Of a DNA stretch of 64,000 bases, positions 1 through 8,434 are shown piece after piece. The position numbers and the translations under genes are program-made. The DNA is taken from contig NVUL01000044.1 in assembly GCA_002401885.1 (NCBI GenBank), positions 7,680 through 71,679 on the forward strand, in the 5' to 3' direction. The DNA comes from SAR86 cluster bacterium. GTDB taxonomy: Bacteria > Pseudomonadota > Gammaproteobacteria > Pseudomonadales > Pseudohongiellaceae. Below the pieces are notes generated by a model, which was given only the letters and a program-made list of their open reading frames with translations, had not been told where the DNA came from and searched no databases. Each line of letters starts with the position of its first letter. Positions within the stretch are counted from its first letter, which is position 1.

Positions 1-363
1 ACTTAGCAGGAAGCTGATACAACCGATAAATAGCAATCCCGTAAAAACGATAACGCCAGTTGGGCTACCACTTAGAATGATTATGAGCCAGCTAACGCTA
101 ATAACCGTCACAGCCGCAATCTTTGCGGGCTTCGCAATCGCATTGTCGCGGTACCAATCACGTAGCCCCGGCCCAAAATGCTTATGACGCAGCAGCCACC
201 ACTTGAATTTGCTAGAGGCATGGGAGCCAGCCCAGACAGCGACCAGCAGGAAGGGGGTTGTGGGTAGTATCGGTAAGAAAGCGCCTATCAAGCCAATCGC
301 CAGCGTGGCATACGCAAGTAGAAGCCAAAGTACTTTCTGCCAAGTATTTCGCTCGCTCGTCAT
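1..363 (-). CDS. YbaN/DUF454 family inner-membrane protein (3' end runs off window start)
   Basis: Absent from the ORF track because it has no stop inside the window. Reverse-strand ATG at 363..361 reads MTSERNTWQKVLWLLLAYATLAIGLIGAFLPILPTTPFLLVAVWAGSHASSKFKWWLLRHKHFGPGLRDWYRDNAI... The LPxLPTTPFLL motif plus hydrophobic helices is typical of DUF454/YbaN. It lies 6 nt downstream of the SirB2-like gene. Confidence 0.7.
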   Translation of the reverse strand, partial: MTSERNTWQKVLWLLLAYATLAIGLIGAFLPILPTTPFLLVAVWAGSHASSKFKWWLLRHKHFGPGLRDWYRDNAIAKPAKIAAVTVISVSWLIIILSGSPTGVIVFTGLLFIGCISFLLS

Positions 364-369
364 GCGGAA

Positions 370-834
370 TTAGGTCACTCCCAGCCAGCTTGTCGGGTGA
401 TGGGCAATGGCTACTCCAATGATGTATGCGAAGGTTGCGATAGCTAGGCCGAAAAATAGTATTTTTGTGGCGCGCGTGGGCGCGCGCTTTATCGCCAGGG
501 TGCCAAAGCCAATATAGAACACCAGGGCAATAAGTTTTGCTAGTATCCAACCTTGGTTGCCTGGATGTTGACCAAGAATGATCATCAGAAGAACGGCGGT
601 TGTAAGTAGTAGGGTATCGACAATATGTGGCGCATTTTTTACCCAGCGTTGCTGCAGTAAAGCCGAACTGTTTATTGCCCACCAGCCTCGAATTATGAAA
701 CCAAGCAGGCTAATCATAGCCAGTGACATGTGGGCTGTCTTAATGGGTAAATAGAAGTCTTGCACGATCAGCTCTTGTGAATAGTTAATATCATGCCAGG
801 AGAAGAGCTGGCAGGTGCTAGCCAATACTAGCAT
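370..834 (-). CDS. SirB2-like small integral membrane protein
   Basis: ORF 370..834 with about four hydrophobic helices. The segment KTAHMSLAMISLLGFIIRGWW resembles the SirB2/YchQ N-terminus. The start is uncertain: ATG at 834, or in-frame GTG at 765, which gives the usual ~131 aa. Confidence 0.6.
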   Translation of the reverse strand: MLVLASTCQLFSWHDINYSQELIVQDFYLPIKTAHMSLAMISLLGFIIRGWWAINSSALLQQRWVKNAPHIVDTLLLTTAVLLMIILGQHPGNQGWILAKLIALVFYIGFGTLAIKRAPTRATKILFFGLAIATFAYIIGVAIAHHPTSWLGVT

Positions 835-912
835 TGGTTCTAGTAGTTGGCGCGGCTTTGTCTATGTAGCTGACTTATCGTTCATAAAACTGTCTGCTTG
901 CCACGCAAAATC

Positions 913-1641
913 TTAACCTTTATTTTGCAGACGTTCGAGTGCGATCTTGGCGTTGGTGTTTCCGCGGCGAGCGGAGTCTTGATACCAAGATCTAGCCTGT
1001 TCAAGATCCAGCTCCACCCCGCGCCCCTGCTCAAACATCTGCGCCAGGCGATATTGCGGGATTGCATCCCCAGCTCGAGCCGCCTGCGTCCACCAAAAAA
1101 CAGCCAGAGCATCATCCTGCACTACGCCCGTCCCTGAGAAATGAATATTGCCCATATTGTGCGCGGCAAGGACATGCCCACTGTCAGCCGCGCGGCGATA
1201 CCAGCCTGCCGCGGCAGTATCATTACGATCCTTGCCGAGCGTCTCGGCATAGGCTGTTCCCATTAAGAACTGTGCCTCGCTCACGCCCGCATTTGCCATT
1301 GCTTCAACATCGCTTATAACCGAGTTCGCTATTGCTTGTGCTCGGGATTTATCGGCCGGGAAGTTCATGCGTCCGGTTGAATAGACGCGCGCTATCCACA
1401 TGGTGGACAACGCATCTTCGTCGGCAGCGGCAAGTTCCAAAAGCTGTTTCGCTCTCTCATCATCAACCACCCCAGTTTCGCCTGTGTACCAGCGAATTGA
1501 TTCGATGAGGTTGGAGTCGATCAATGGGGTTGGTTCTGTCTGGCAAGAATAAAGTGGAGAAAGAAACAGAACGAGAAAAGAGAGCCTGATACTTCTATTG
1601 GGGAAAATAATTTCGGAGAGACTGTGCGTTGAGAATGTCAT
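913..1641 (-). CDS. Sel1-like (TPR-family) repeat protein, exported
   Basis: Repeated Sel1 units (AQFLMGTAYAETLG..AAGWYRRAADSGH, AAHNMGNIHFSGTGV..AVFWWTQAARAGD, PQYRLAQMFEQGRGV..ARSWYQDSARRGN). Hydrophobic N-terminus ending LYSC. Confidence 0.85.
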   Translation of the reverse strand: MTFSTHSLSEIIFPNRSIRLSFLVLFLSPLYSCQTEPTPLIDSNLIESIRWYTGETGVVDDERAKQLLELAAADEDALSTMWIARVYSTGRMNFPADKSRAQAIANSVISDVEAMANAGVSEAQFLMGTAYAETLGKDRNDTAAAGWYRRAADSGHVLAAHNMGNIHFSGTGVVQDDALAVFWWTQAARAGDAIPQYRLAQMFEQGRGVELDLEQARSWYQDSARRGNTNAKIALERLQNKG

Positions 1642-1808
1642 GTGGTCTCACGTGGCTTACTACTGCGAGCCACTAGTATATCGTTCTACTGACTTGGACT
1701 CTCTTATTGATATTGGTGTCTACACAGGGCGAATTGACAGCAGCTGGGCAATTAAAGCAGAATTCTGCCGCCCCTTTTTAACCGTCGGGAAACAGAATTG
1801 CATAATTT

Positions 1809-2441
1809 CTATTTCTGAAGTGTATTGATGTAACTCACCACGTTTATGATTGCCTGTTCGTCTCTCAAGGTTTTTGACATAGTCAGCATTTGGCTGCCGT
1901 AGGTATCTTCCTGATGTGATCCTCGAAACCCTGCGCGAAAATTTCTTAGCTGGGTAATCATGTACCAATCATTTTGTCCGGCTAGAGCAGGCGCGCCTAG
2001 TGCTTCATTGCCTTCAGCATTAGCTCCGTGACAAGCAGCGCAACTTTGAAAGGCGGTGCGTCCCTGATTTACGTTGCCGTCGACTGTTGCCTCTGCAGGC
2101 ACGAAATCCCAGTCGCCGACCCAATCGACGATGTCAGCAATACTTTCATCGCTGAGTTTTGCCGCCATTGGTCGCATGGCGATGCCCTGTATATCTTCAC
2201 CGTGTGTTCCGCGAATGCCTGCTCGAAAATTTTCCAGTTGGCGTTTTAGGTACCAAGCTTCCATACCCGCTAGTCGAGGAGCTTCAATGGCGATGTTGCC
2301 TAGACCATCGACGCCGTGGCAGGTGGTGCAGTAGCGATCGCCCATATCGGCCGCAACTCCCACGTCGCCCTCAGCTGCCTGTGAAGCGATATTGCAAAGA
2401 GCAGATATGAATAGTGTTGTTACTGTCATAAGTTTTTTCAT
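1809..2441 (-). CDS. dihaem c-type cytochrome (cytochrome c4-like), periplasmic
   Basis: Signal peptide MKKLMTVTTLFISALCNIASQA. Two CxxCH motifs (CTTCHG, CAACHG) sit in two similar halves. The start overlaps the upstream flavoprotein stop (ATGA at 2438..2441). Confidence 0.9.
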   Translation of the reverse strand: MKKLMTVTTLFISALCNIASQAAEGDVGVAADMGDRYCTTCHGVDGLGNIAIEAPRLAGMEAWYLKRQLENFRAGIRGTHGEDIQGIAMRPMAAKLSDESIADIVDWVGDWDFVPAEATVDGNVNQGRTAFQSCAACHGANAEGNEALGAPALAGQNDWYMITQLRNFRAGFRGSHQEDTYGSQMLTMSKTLRDEQAIINVVSYINTLQK

Positions 2442-4012
2442 GCGGGTTCTGATCTCACTCGTTGATCTAAATCTGCCAATGCGTAATGAGCAGATTGAAT
2501 AGCACTCTCCATCCAGGCAGAGTGCTGTGTGCTCTGGTCACCAATTAAGTAGTGACGACCATTCACTGGTTGCCTAAGAGTTTCATACATCTGCTCTTCT
2601 TTATCGGACCAGCCGCCTCTATTTCTAGCCCACCTAGGTGCACAGCCGAGCATGTGATTCATCCTATGCCAAGCGATAGTGATCGGCTTCTCTGCCATCT
2701 CACGATAGTTAGGATGAACCTTCTCTCCATGTTTAAGGAAGTCTTCGATCCTGTCTTCTTGGCTCATTTCGGTGTAGTTGGCGCCGCCGAAATTATAAGC
2801 TGCGAGTACCACACCTTTCTTGCCATGAATATTATGCGGCGGATACCAAATTTGTTGAGTAGGCGCATTAACCCAGGTAATGCCTCCGTAAATATTCTCC
2901 TTCTCCCAAAAACGTTCTTTGGCCTGAAACGCTGCTTTATAGGCTTTGCCGCGACGTATGTAATTTAGAGCCTCAGAGTATTCAGCAGGAAAATTGTTGG
3001 GTATCCCGCTCATCAGATGACTGGGAATGCAGTTGAAACAATAATCAGCCTTCAGCACTTCAGTAACGCCGTTTCGCTCATAGGCAACTTCAACCCCATC
3101 ATCTGTCACCATCACTTCTGTTACCGGGCTGCGGAATTTAATTCGATCGCCAAGTCGATTAGCGAATGCATAAATAATGCGATCCATTCCACCAACTGGC
3201 TGCATAAGAAGCGGGCCACTGCCTGTTCCTTCCTGAGTGGTGACCATTACGTTACCTGCTAATCGTGTCTTCAACAGATCGCGTAATGCTATTACATCTC
3301 TTTTAGTGCCATGATCGAGGAATCCGCCTGAACCATAACCCGCCCTAACTGTTCCTTTGTACAGCATGTCCTCATTCAGGTCGCCAAAGCTACGTAGCAT
3401 GCCTAGCAATGTTTCCGATTCGGATTCAGTAAGCGACGAGTCCAGTTCTTCTTTGCCCAAGGATTTAGCAAGCATTTCTGAAACGAAGCCCTGCATGCTT
3501 GAGGAATAGTCGGTATTGCGAACCGGCTTACCACCATTCATTGCGTCATCTTGCACCCAGGCTGTCTTGCTTTCGTTAACGAATACTTGTAGCTCAACTT
3601 CCAGCTCTTTGCAGTATTTCAGCACGCTGCTGTGAATGCTTGGGATGCGTGCGGCGCCTGCATTAAAGTATAAGTGGGGGTCGTCATCCCATTCACAGCG
3701 CTGATAATTTCCGATTTCGTCGATGACCGTGCCAGCTCGTACCGTGAACATTCGTCCACCCGGGCGATGAGAGGCTTCAAGTAGGGTGCAGTCATATCCA
3801 GCTTTGGTTAGCTCCCAGGCAGTGGTCAGCGCAGATATTCCGGTACCCAGTATGGCAACTTTTTTGCCAGTACTGGCCTGTAGCGATATTTCTGCAGCTT
3901 GACTGTTACCGGGCATAAATCCCAGAGCTGTACCAGCTTGCAGCACTGCTGATGTGCCGCCATAGGCTCCCAGTAAATTAAGGAATTCTCGTCTGGATAC
4001 CGGGTTAGTCAT
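2438..4012 (-). CDS. Tat-exported FAD-dependent amine oxidase family flavoprotein
   Basis: Twin-arginine motif SRREFLNLLG. Dinucleotide fold KKVAILGTGISALTTAWELTKAGYDCTLLEASHRPGGR. The ORF runs to 4030, but the ATG at 4012 has an AGAGG Shine-Dalgarno 7 nt upstream. Confidence 0.88.
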   Translation of the reverse strand: MTNPVSRREFLNLLGAYGGTSAVLQAGTALGFMPGNSQAAEISLQASTGKKVAILGTGISALTTAWELTKAGYDCTLLEASHRPGGRMFTVRAGTVIDEIGNYQRCEWDDDPHLYFNAGAARIPSIHSSVLKYCKELEVELQVFVNESKTAWVQDDAMNGGKPVRNTDYSSSMQGFVSEMLAKSLGKEELDSSLTESESETLLGMLRSFGDLNEDMLYKGTVRAGYGSGGFLDHGTKRDVIALRDLLKTRLAGNVMVTTQEGTGSGPLLMQPVGGMDRIIYAFANRLGDRIKFRSPVTEVMVTDDGVEVAYERNGVTEVLKADYCFNCIPSHLMSGIPNNFPAEYSEALNYIRRGKAYKAAFQAKERFWEKENIYGGITWVNAPTQQIWYPPHNIHGKKGVVLAAYNFGGANYTEMSQEDRIEDFLKHGEKVHPNYREMAEKPITIAWHRMNHMLGCAPRWARNRGGWSDKEEQMYETLRQPVNGRHYLIGDQSTQHSAWMESAIQSAHYALADLDQRVRSEPA

Positions 4013-4357
4013 TATTTTGCCTCTACTCATTAAGATTGCCGCTAATTCTACAGCTTGAAGGGCCTCAGATAAAACTGAAAATACTCAATATGTGCTACAG
4101 AGAGTGACACTGACTCGCCCAGGGTATAGAAAATGGCAACCCCTCTTCATTCCTGCCTTTCAGCGTCATGTGCATGATGTGAATGGAATTTCACACCCTT
4201 GAGTAGATAAGCGAGTGCGCGGACGTGTTGCGTCTTCGGCCTATTTGCAGTTGCTGCTCTCGCTCCATACTTGACTCGGTGCAACCTCGCCAATATAGTG
4301 GGTTGCAGCGTTCTCAATTCGAAATAAAGCTTATTGCTTAATACAAGGAGCAAGTTA

Positions 4358-4576
4358 ATGACCGAATATGTGAAAGTCAATTACGCGAGAAGAAGGTATG
4401 TTTACATAGATGGCGAAAAGAGTGGTTTTACGAACAAAATCCTAAGAGTGGGCAAGCGTAAAATGACCTTTTCTCTAGGAGAGCCAGATAACTATACTCC
4501 AGGGTCAGTCACCAAAACAGTGAAGAACACAACCTCAATTAAGCCCCTTGAAATTCAATTCTCTCTCGATACCTGA
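4358..4576 (+). CDS. small PEGA-domain-like protein (72 aa)
   Basis: AAGGAG Shine-Dalgarno 7 nt before the ATG at 4358. The pattern VYIDGEKSGFTNKILRVGKRKMTFSL fits the PEGA pattern (v.iDG...G.T...l..G...v.l). It ends 8 nt upstream of the patatin gene. Confidence 0.45.
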   Translation: MTEYVKVNYARRRYVYIDGEKSGFTNKILRVGKRKMTFSLGEPDNYTPGSVTKTVKNTTSIKPLEIQFSLDT

Positions 4577-4584
4577 GGTTTCCT

Positions 4585-6093
4585 ATGAAGACTACCTTTC
4601 AAGCACTTATTTCAATAACTCTGCTAAGCGTAGTCGCTGGCTGCGCTAGTTATCAGAAAAATCCTCCTCTTGCGCAGTATGATGGTGATGCGGGTTACCG
4701 ATTTGATCAGCTCGAATTGGGGCCAGGGAATACAGACGACCTTTTTGTAGTATTGAGTTTTTCTGGAGGAGGCACTCGCGCAGCTTCTCTTGCATATGGT
4801 GTGCTGGAGGCACTCGAAGGAACAAAGATTGAATGGCAAGGAGAAGAGAAATCGCTTCTCGATGAAGTGGATATGATTACGTCAGTCTCTGGCGGTAGTT
4901 TTACTTCTGGATATTATTCTCTGTTCAGGAAAAAAATCTTCGACGGTAGATACGAGGATGTCTTTCTCAATCAAAACATCGAAGCGAAATTATTTTGGCA
5001 GCTATTAAATCCAGTCACACTAATCAATGTTTTGGCTAGCAGCACCTACAGTCGAAGTGATTTGGCGGCAGACTATTACAACCGCGTCATCTTTAACAAT
5101 GCTACTTACAATGATCTGGTGGTGAAAAACCAAAGGCCATTTCTTCTCATTAATTCAACTGACATGACCATGGGCTCCCAGTTCCAATTCATTCAGGATC
5201 AATTTGACCTTATATGCTCGGACCTCAGTGGGGTGCATTTGGCGAGGGCTGTTGCAACATCTTCAGCATTCCCAGGATTGCTCTCTCCACTTACCTACAA
5301 AAATTATGCCGAGCAAAAATGCGGCTACTCGCCTAAGACTTGGGTAGAACCGGCAGTAAAAGATCGCCGGCTGAATGCACAATTAGCCAATATTGCGGAC
5401 ATACGGCAATCCTATTACAAGTCAAATCTATCTACGGAAGGTCACCGCAACTATGTTCATCTAATCGATGGTGGAGTTGTTGATAATATCGGATTGCGTG
5501 GAATTACTGATGCTCTTGAATATAATATGTTGCCGTATAGCATCGTGCAAAAGTTGAATCTCGAAGAGATCAAAAAAATTCTAATTATTGTGGTAGATGC
5601 CGCCGGTGTAGAGAAAACGAGACGCGATAAATCACCAGCTGTGCCTGGCATATTCGACAATATTTACCAAACCGCCTCCGTACCAGTAGGGCGAATCAGC
5701 GACGATACTATTAATCTGATTGAAGCAAAAGTAGAAGAGTTTAATAAAGACTATGAAGCGCGGCAGCAGTGCGGAGAATTGCTTGCAGATGAGTGTCCCG
5801 CTGTACAGAGTATTGATCCGGACGCGTTGCAGCCAGTCGATCTTTACATTTCAGAAGTTAGTTTTGATTTTATTGAAGATGTCCATCGACGCTTCGCATT
5901 TCAAACTATCCCAACTAATTTTGATCTCTCCCCAAAGGTAAATAAGGCCCTGTTTTCGATAGCTTGTGAACTACTTGTTAATGACGAGCGACTGAAAGAA
6001 CTTTTAGGAGGCGACGATGGTTTTACCGGCACTCAAGTAACGGGTACACTGCCCGATTGCCCTGCGGCCAAGTTGCCTAGACCAAAGAAATAG
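4585..6093 (+). CDS. patatin-like phospholipase, lipoprotein
   Basis: Lipobox LLSVVAGC. Oxyanion-hole motif SGGGTRAAS, serine motif SVSGGS, and catalytic-Asp motif IDGGVVDNIG. Confidence 0.85.
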   Translation: MKTTFQALISITLLSVVAGCASYQKNPPLAQYDGDAGYRFDQLELGPGNTDDLFVVLSFSGGGTRAASLAYGVLEALEGTKIEWQGEEKSLLDEVDMITSVSGGSFTSGYYSLFRKKIFDGRYEDVFLNQNIEAKLFWQLLNPVTLINVLASSTYSRSDLAADYYNRVIFNNATYNDLVVKNQRPFLLINSTDMTMGSQFQFIQDQFDLICSDLSGVHLARAVATSSAFPGLLSPLTYKNYAEQKCGYSPKTWVEPAVKDRRLNAQLANIADIRQSYYKSNLSTEGHRNYVHLIDGGVVDNIGLRGITDALEYNMLPYSIVQKLNLEEIKKILIIVVDAAGVEKTRRDKSPAVPGIFDNIYQTASVPVGRISDDTINLIEAKVEEFNKDYEARQQCGELLADECPAVQSIDPDALQPVDLYISEVSFDFIEDVHRRFAFQTIPTNFDLSPKVNKALFSIACELLVNDERLKELLGGDDGFTGTQVTGTLPDCPAAKLPRPKK

Positions 6094-6222
6094 TAAGGCC
6101 TTCTAAGCCTAAATTTTGTTAACGTAGAAAGAGTTCACTGCGAAGCTCATAGTTACAGCGCTGATAATCGGTATTTAGCGGTAGCGCTGTATTCTAGGAG
6201 TTAGTCTGCTTGCTCATCAATC

Positions 6223-6266
6223 AAAAAAGGGCGGAAGGATTATTAATTCTTCCGCCCTTATCTTTT
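6223..6266. terminator. bidirectional intrinsic terminator between convergent patatin and PQQ-dehydrogenase genes
   Basis: Stem GGGCGGAAG (6229..6237) pairs with CTTCCGCCC (6249..6257). An A6 run precedes it and a T-rich run follows, so it can work on both strands. Confidence 0.7.
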
Positions 6267-6308
6267 TCGAGCTTACTGTTTCTTGATCGTGCTAGATGAA
6301 TCTACAAT

Positions 6309-8366
6309 CTAGTGCGCTGCACCACCGGTCGCTTGCGCACCTGGTAATGCCATCGCAGTAAGCTTCGAACCTGTTTGCAAGATGATGTACTGATGTCCAT
6401 CGTGCATCCAAGAGCTCATGCCATAGCGGCTTTGCGCAGGCACTTCGACACGTCCGATTTCTTCGCCAGTCTTCTTATCGATGCCGTAGAGAAGTGCAGT
6501 TGTGCCGTCGTGGTCCATGTCTGAGTAGATCAGCATATTTGCGGTAGTAACCATGGAAACAGGATTGCCAGTTCCAGTATCACCAATGTCTATTCCTTCC
6601 AGAGCAGGGTTGTTGCGGATGCGGTCAGGCGTCTCCCCTGTAGGAATCTGGAAAGCAATCTCGCCTGTGTTCATATCGTAGGCAGTGATATTGCTATACG
6701 GCGGCTTCCAGTAAGGTAGGCCGGAAGCAAGACGAGGAGGTCTGCCGCCAGGGCCATTTGCATACATAGCGAAGGTTGTTCCCGTTGGATTGGGGATGCG
6801 AGCATCCGCTTCTTCACCAGGAATAACACGCTGCCAGCTACACTGTCTCATTGAGGGCACGTACAGGAAGCCAGAAGTTGGATCGGCTGCCGGTGGTGCA
6901 TAGATATTTGCACCGCCGCCATCACCTGGACACATAGCCGAGCTGATTTTGCCCGCCTCATTCGCCGCATGAATTGGTGGATTAAATAGAGGGCCCATTT
7001 CGTAATTTGCCATCACTTCAAGCGCTTCTCTGCGTAATTCTGGCGTGAAGTCGATTAGGTCTGCCTCGCTTATGCCCTGCATTTCGAATGGGGGTGGTTT
7101 CGTTGGGATAGGCTGTGTAGTCGACAGCTTCTCACCAGGAACTTTAGAGGCCGGTACCGCTCGGTCTTCCATAGGCCAGATTGGCTCACCGGTCATCCTA
7201 TCGAATGTATAGACATAGCCCTGTTTTGTTACCTGAGCAACGGCAGCTACAGTGCCTCTGCCCGGAATATTCAGGTCTAACTGAATCGGTGCAGCAGGGT
7301 TGTCGTAGTTCCACACATCATGCTTCACAGTCTGGTAGTGCCAACGACGCTCGCCGGTTTCGGTATCCAATGCTATTACGCTGGTGCCGAACAGATTGTC
7401 ACCAGGACGAAAGCCGCCGTAGTAATCGATCGTTGGTGGGTTGGTAGGAATGTAGACGATGTTGTTCTCAGGATCGGCTGTTAGCGGTGCCCAAGATGAT
7501 ACGTCTCCAGTCCACTGCCATGCGTCGTTTTCCCAAGTCTCGTGACCGTACTCGCCCGGCTTTGGAATTACGTTAAATTTCCATTTGAGTGCACCAGTAG
7601 TCTTATCGTAGGCGAGGATATCGCCGGGAACGTTCTCGACTCTCGCTTGCAGATATCCCTGCTCGGCCGAGTTGCCAACTATGATCGTGTCATTAACCAC
7701 AATCGGTGGTGATGAAGTAGTTATGTAACCAGTCTCTAGTGGAATGCCTTCATAGGGATCATAGGGGTGTCCAAGATCGGCGAGCATGTCTACGACGCCA
7801 GTCGCCGGGAAGCCATCTACCGGCACCTGTCCACCGAAGCCTTCAAGAGGAGCGCCGGTTTCGGCATCAAGTGCTACTAAGAAGAAGCCAGGTGTGGAGA
7901 TGTAGACCACGCCTTTGCCGTCGATACGTGAGTAGCCAATACCTTTGCCGTATGAGGCGCGCATGGAGTATTCCCAGCGGCCCGTATTTGGCAGGCGGTA
8001 GGCCCAGAGTGTTTCACCCGTCTTAGGATCGATCGCAACCACGTTGCGGCGTGGGCCAGAAACTGTGAATAACTTGCCGTCAACATAAGTAGGCGTGGAA
8101 CGGCCGGCGCGGCCGTTGAAGCTAGAGCCATCCCATTCCCAGGCAACTTCTAGTTCGTCGAAGTTTTCAGCCGTGATTTCATCAGCAGGAGTATAGCGGG
8201 TGTGGGCGTAGTCGCCACCGAGTGTGTACCACTCGACGGTGTCGTCTGTGACCAGATTCTGACTCATGCCAATCTGCGGTAAAATGCCTAGAATAGCCGC
8301 CAAGCAGCCCAATACTGCGAGCCCCGATGACTTCGAGCCTGAATTTATTGAAGAACGTGATTTCAT
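6309..8366 (-). CDS. soluble PQQ-dependent dehydrogenase (quinoprotein, GDH-like beta-propeller), paralog 1
   Basis: 685 aa with an N-terminal signal. Propeller W-motifs are present, along with the conserved box RRWHYQTVKHDVWNYDNPAAP and TKQGYVYTFDRMTGEPIW. Confidence 0.9.
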   Translation of the reverse strand: MKSRSSINSGSKSSGLAVLGCLAAILGILPQIGMSQNLVTDDTVEWYTLGGDYAHTRYTPADEITAENFDELEVAWEWDGSSFNGRAGRSTPTYVDGKLFTVSGPRRNVVAIDPKTGETLWAYRLPNTGRWEYSMRASYGKGIGYSRIDGKGVVYISTPGFFLVALDAETGAPLEGFGGQVPVDGFPATGVVDMLADLGHPYDPYEGIPLETGYITTSSPPIVVNDTIIVGNSAEQGYLQARVENVPGDILAYDKTTGALKWKFNVIPKPGEYGHETWENDAWQWTGDVSSWAPLTADPENNIVYIPTNPPTIDYYGGFRPGDNLFGTSVIALDTETGERRWHYQTVKHDVWNYDNPAAPIQLDLNIPGRGTVAAVAQVTKQGYVYTFDRMTGEPIWPMEDRAVPASKVPGEKLSTTQPIPTKPPPFEMQGISEADLIDFTPELRREALEVMANYEMGPLFNPPIHAANEAGKISSAMCPGDGGGANIYAPPAADPTSGFLYVPSMRQCSWQRVIPGEEADARIPNPTGTTFAMYANGPGGRPPRLASGLPYWKPPYSNITAYDMNTGEIAFQIPTGETPDRIRNNPALEGIDIGDTGTGNPVSMVTTANMLIYSDMDHDGTTALLYGIDKKTGEEIGRVEVPAQSRYGMSSWMHDGHQYIILQTGSKLTAMALPGAQATGGAAH

Positions 8367-8434
8367 TTTTAAAGCCTCATTAGATGCAAAATCCCGTGGA
8401 GGATAGCATAGAGGTTAAAAGTAGTGACACCCAT

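Larger units (their letters stand above)
6223..8427 (-). repeat. segmental duplication copy A (PQQ dehydrogenase gene plus its terminator and 5' leader)
   Basis: Collinear with 9639..11840 at an offset of about 3.41 kb. The similarity covers the terminator hairpin, the whole CDS and about 60 nt upstream of the start codon. Confidence 0.85.

Noticed and set aside
212-682. 156-aa ORF spanning the YbaN-like and SirB2-like genes in another frame
   Set aside because: It overlaps two ORFs with clear family signatures and membrane topology, and its own sequence is low-complexity with no motif.
4585-6093. Patatin phospholipase as a CBASS or other anti-phage effector
   Set aside because: No cyclase, sensor or other defence partner is nearby. 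The protein has a lipobox and is predicted to be exported, unlike cytoplasmic abortive-infection patatins.
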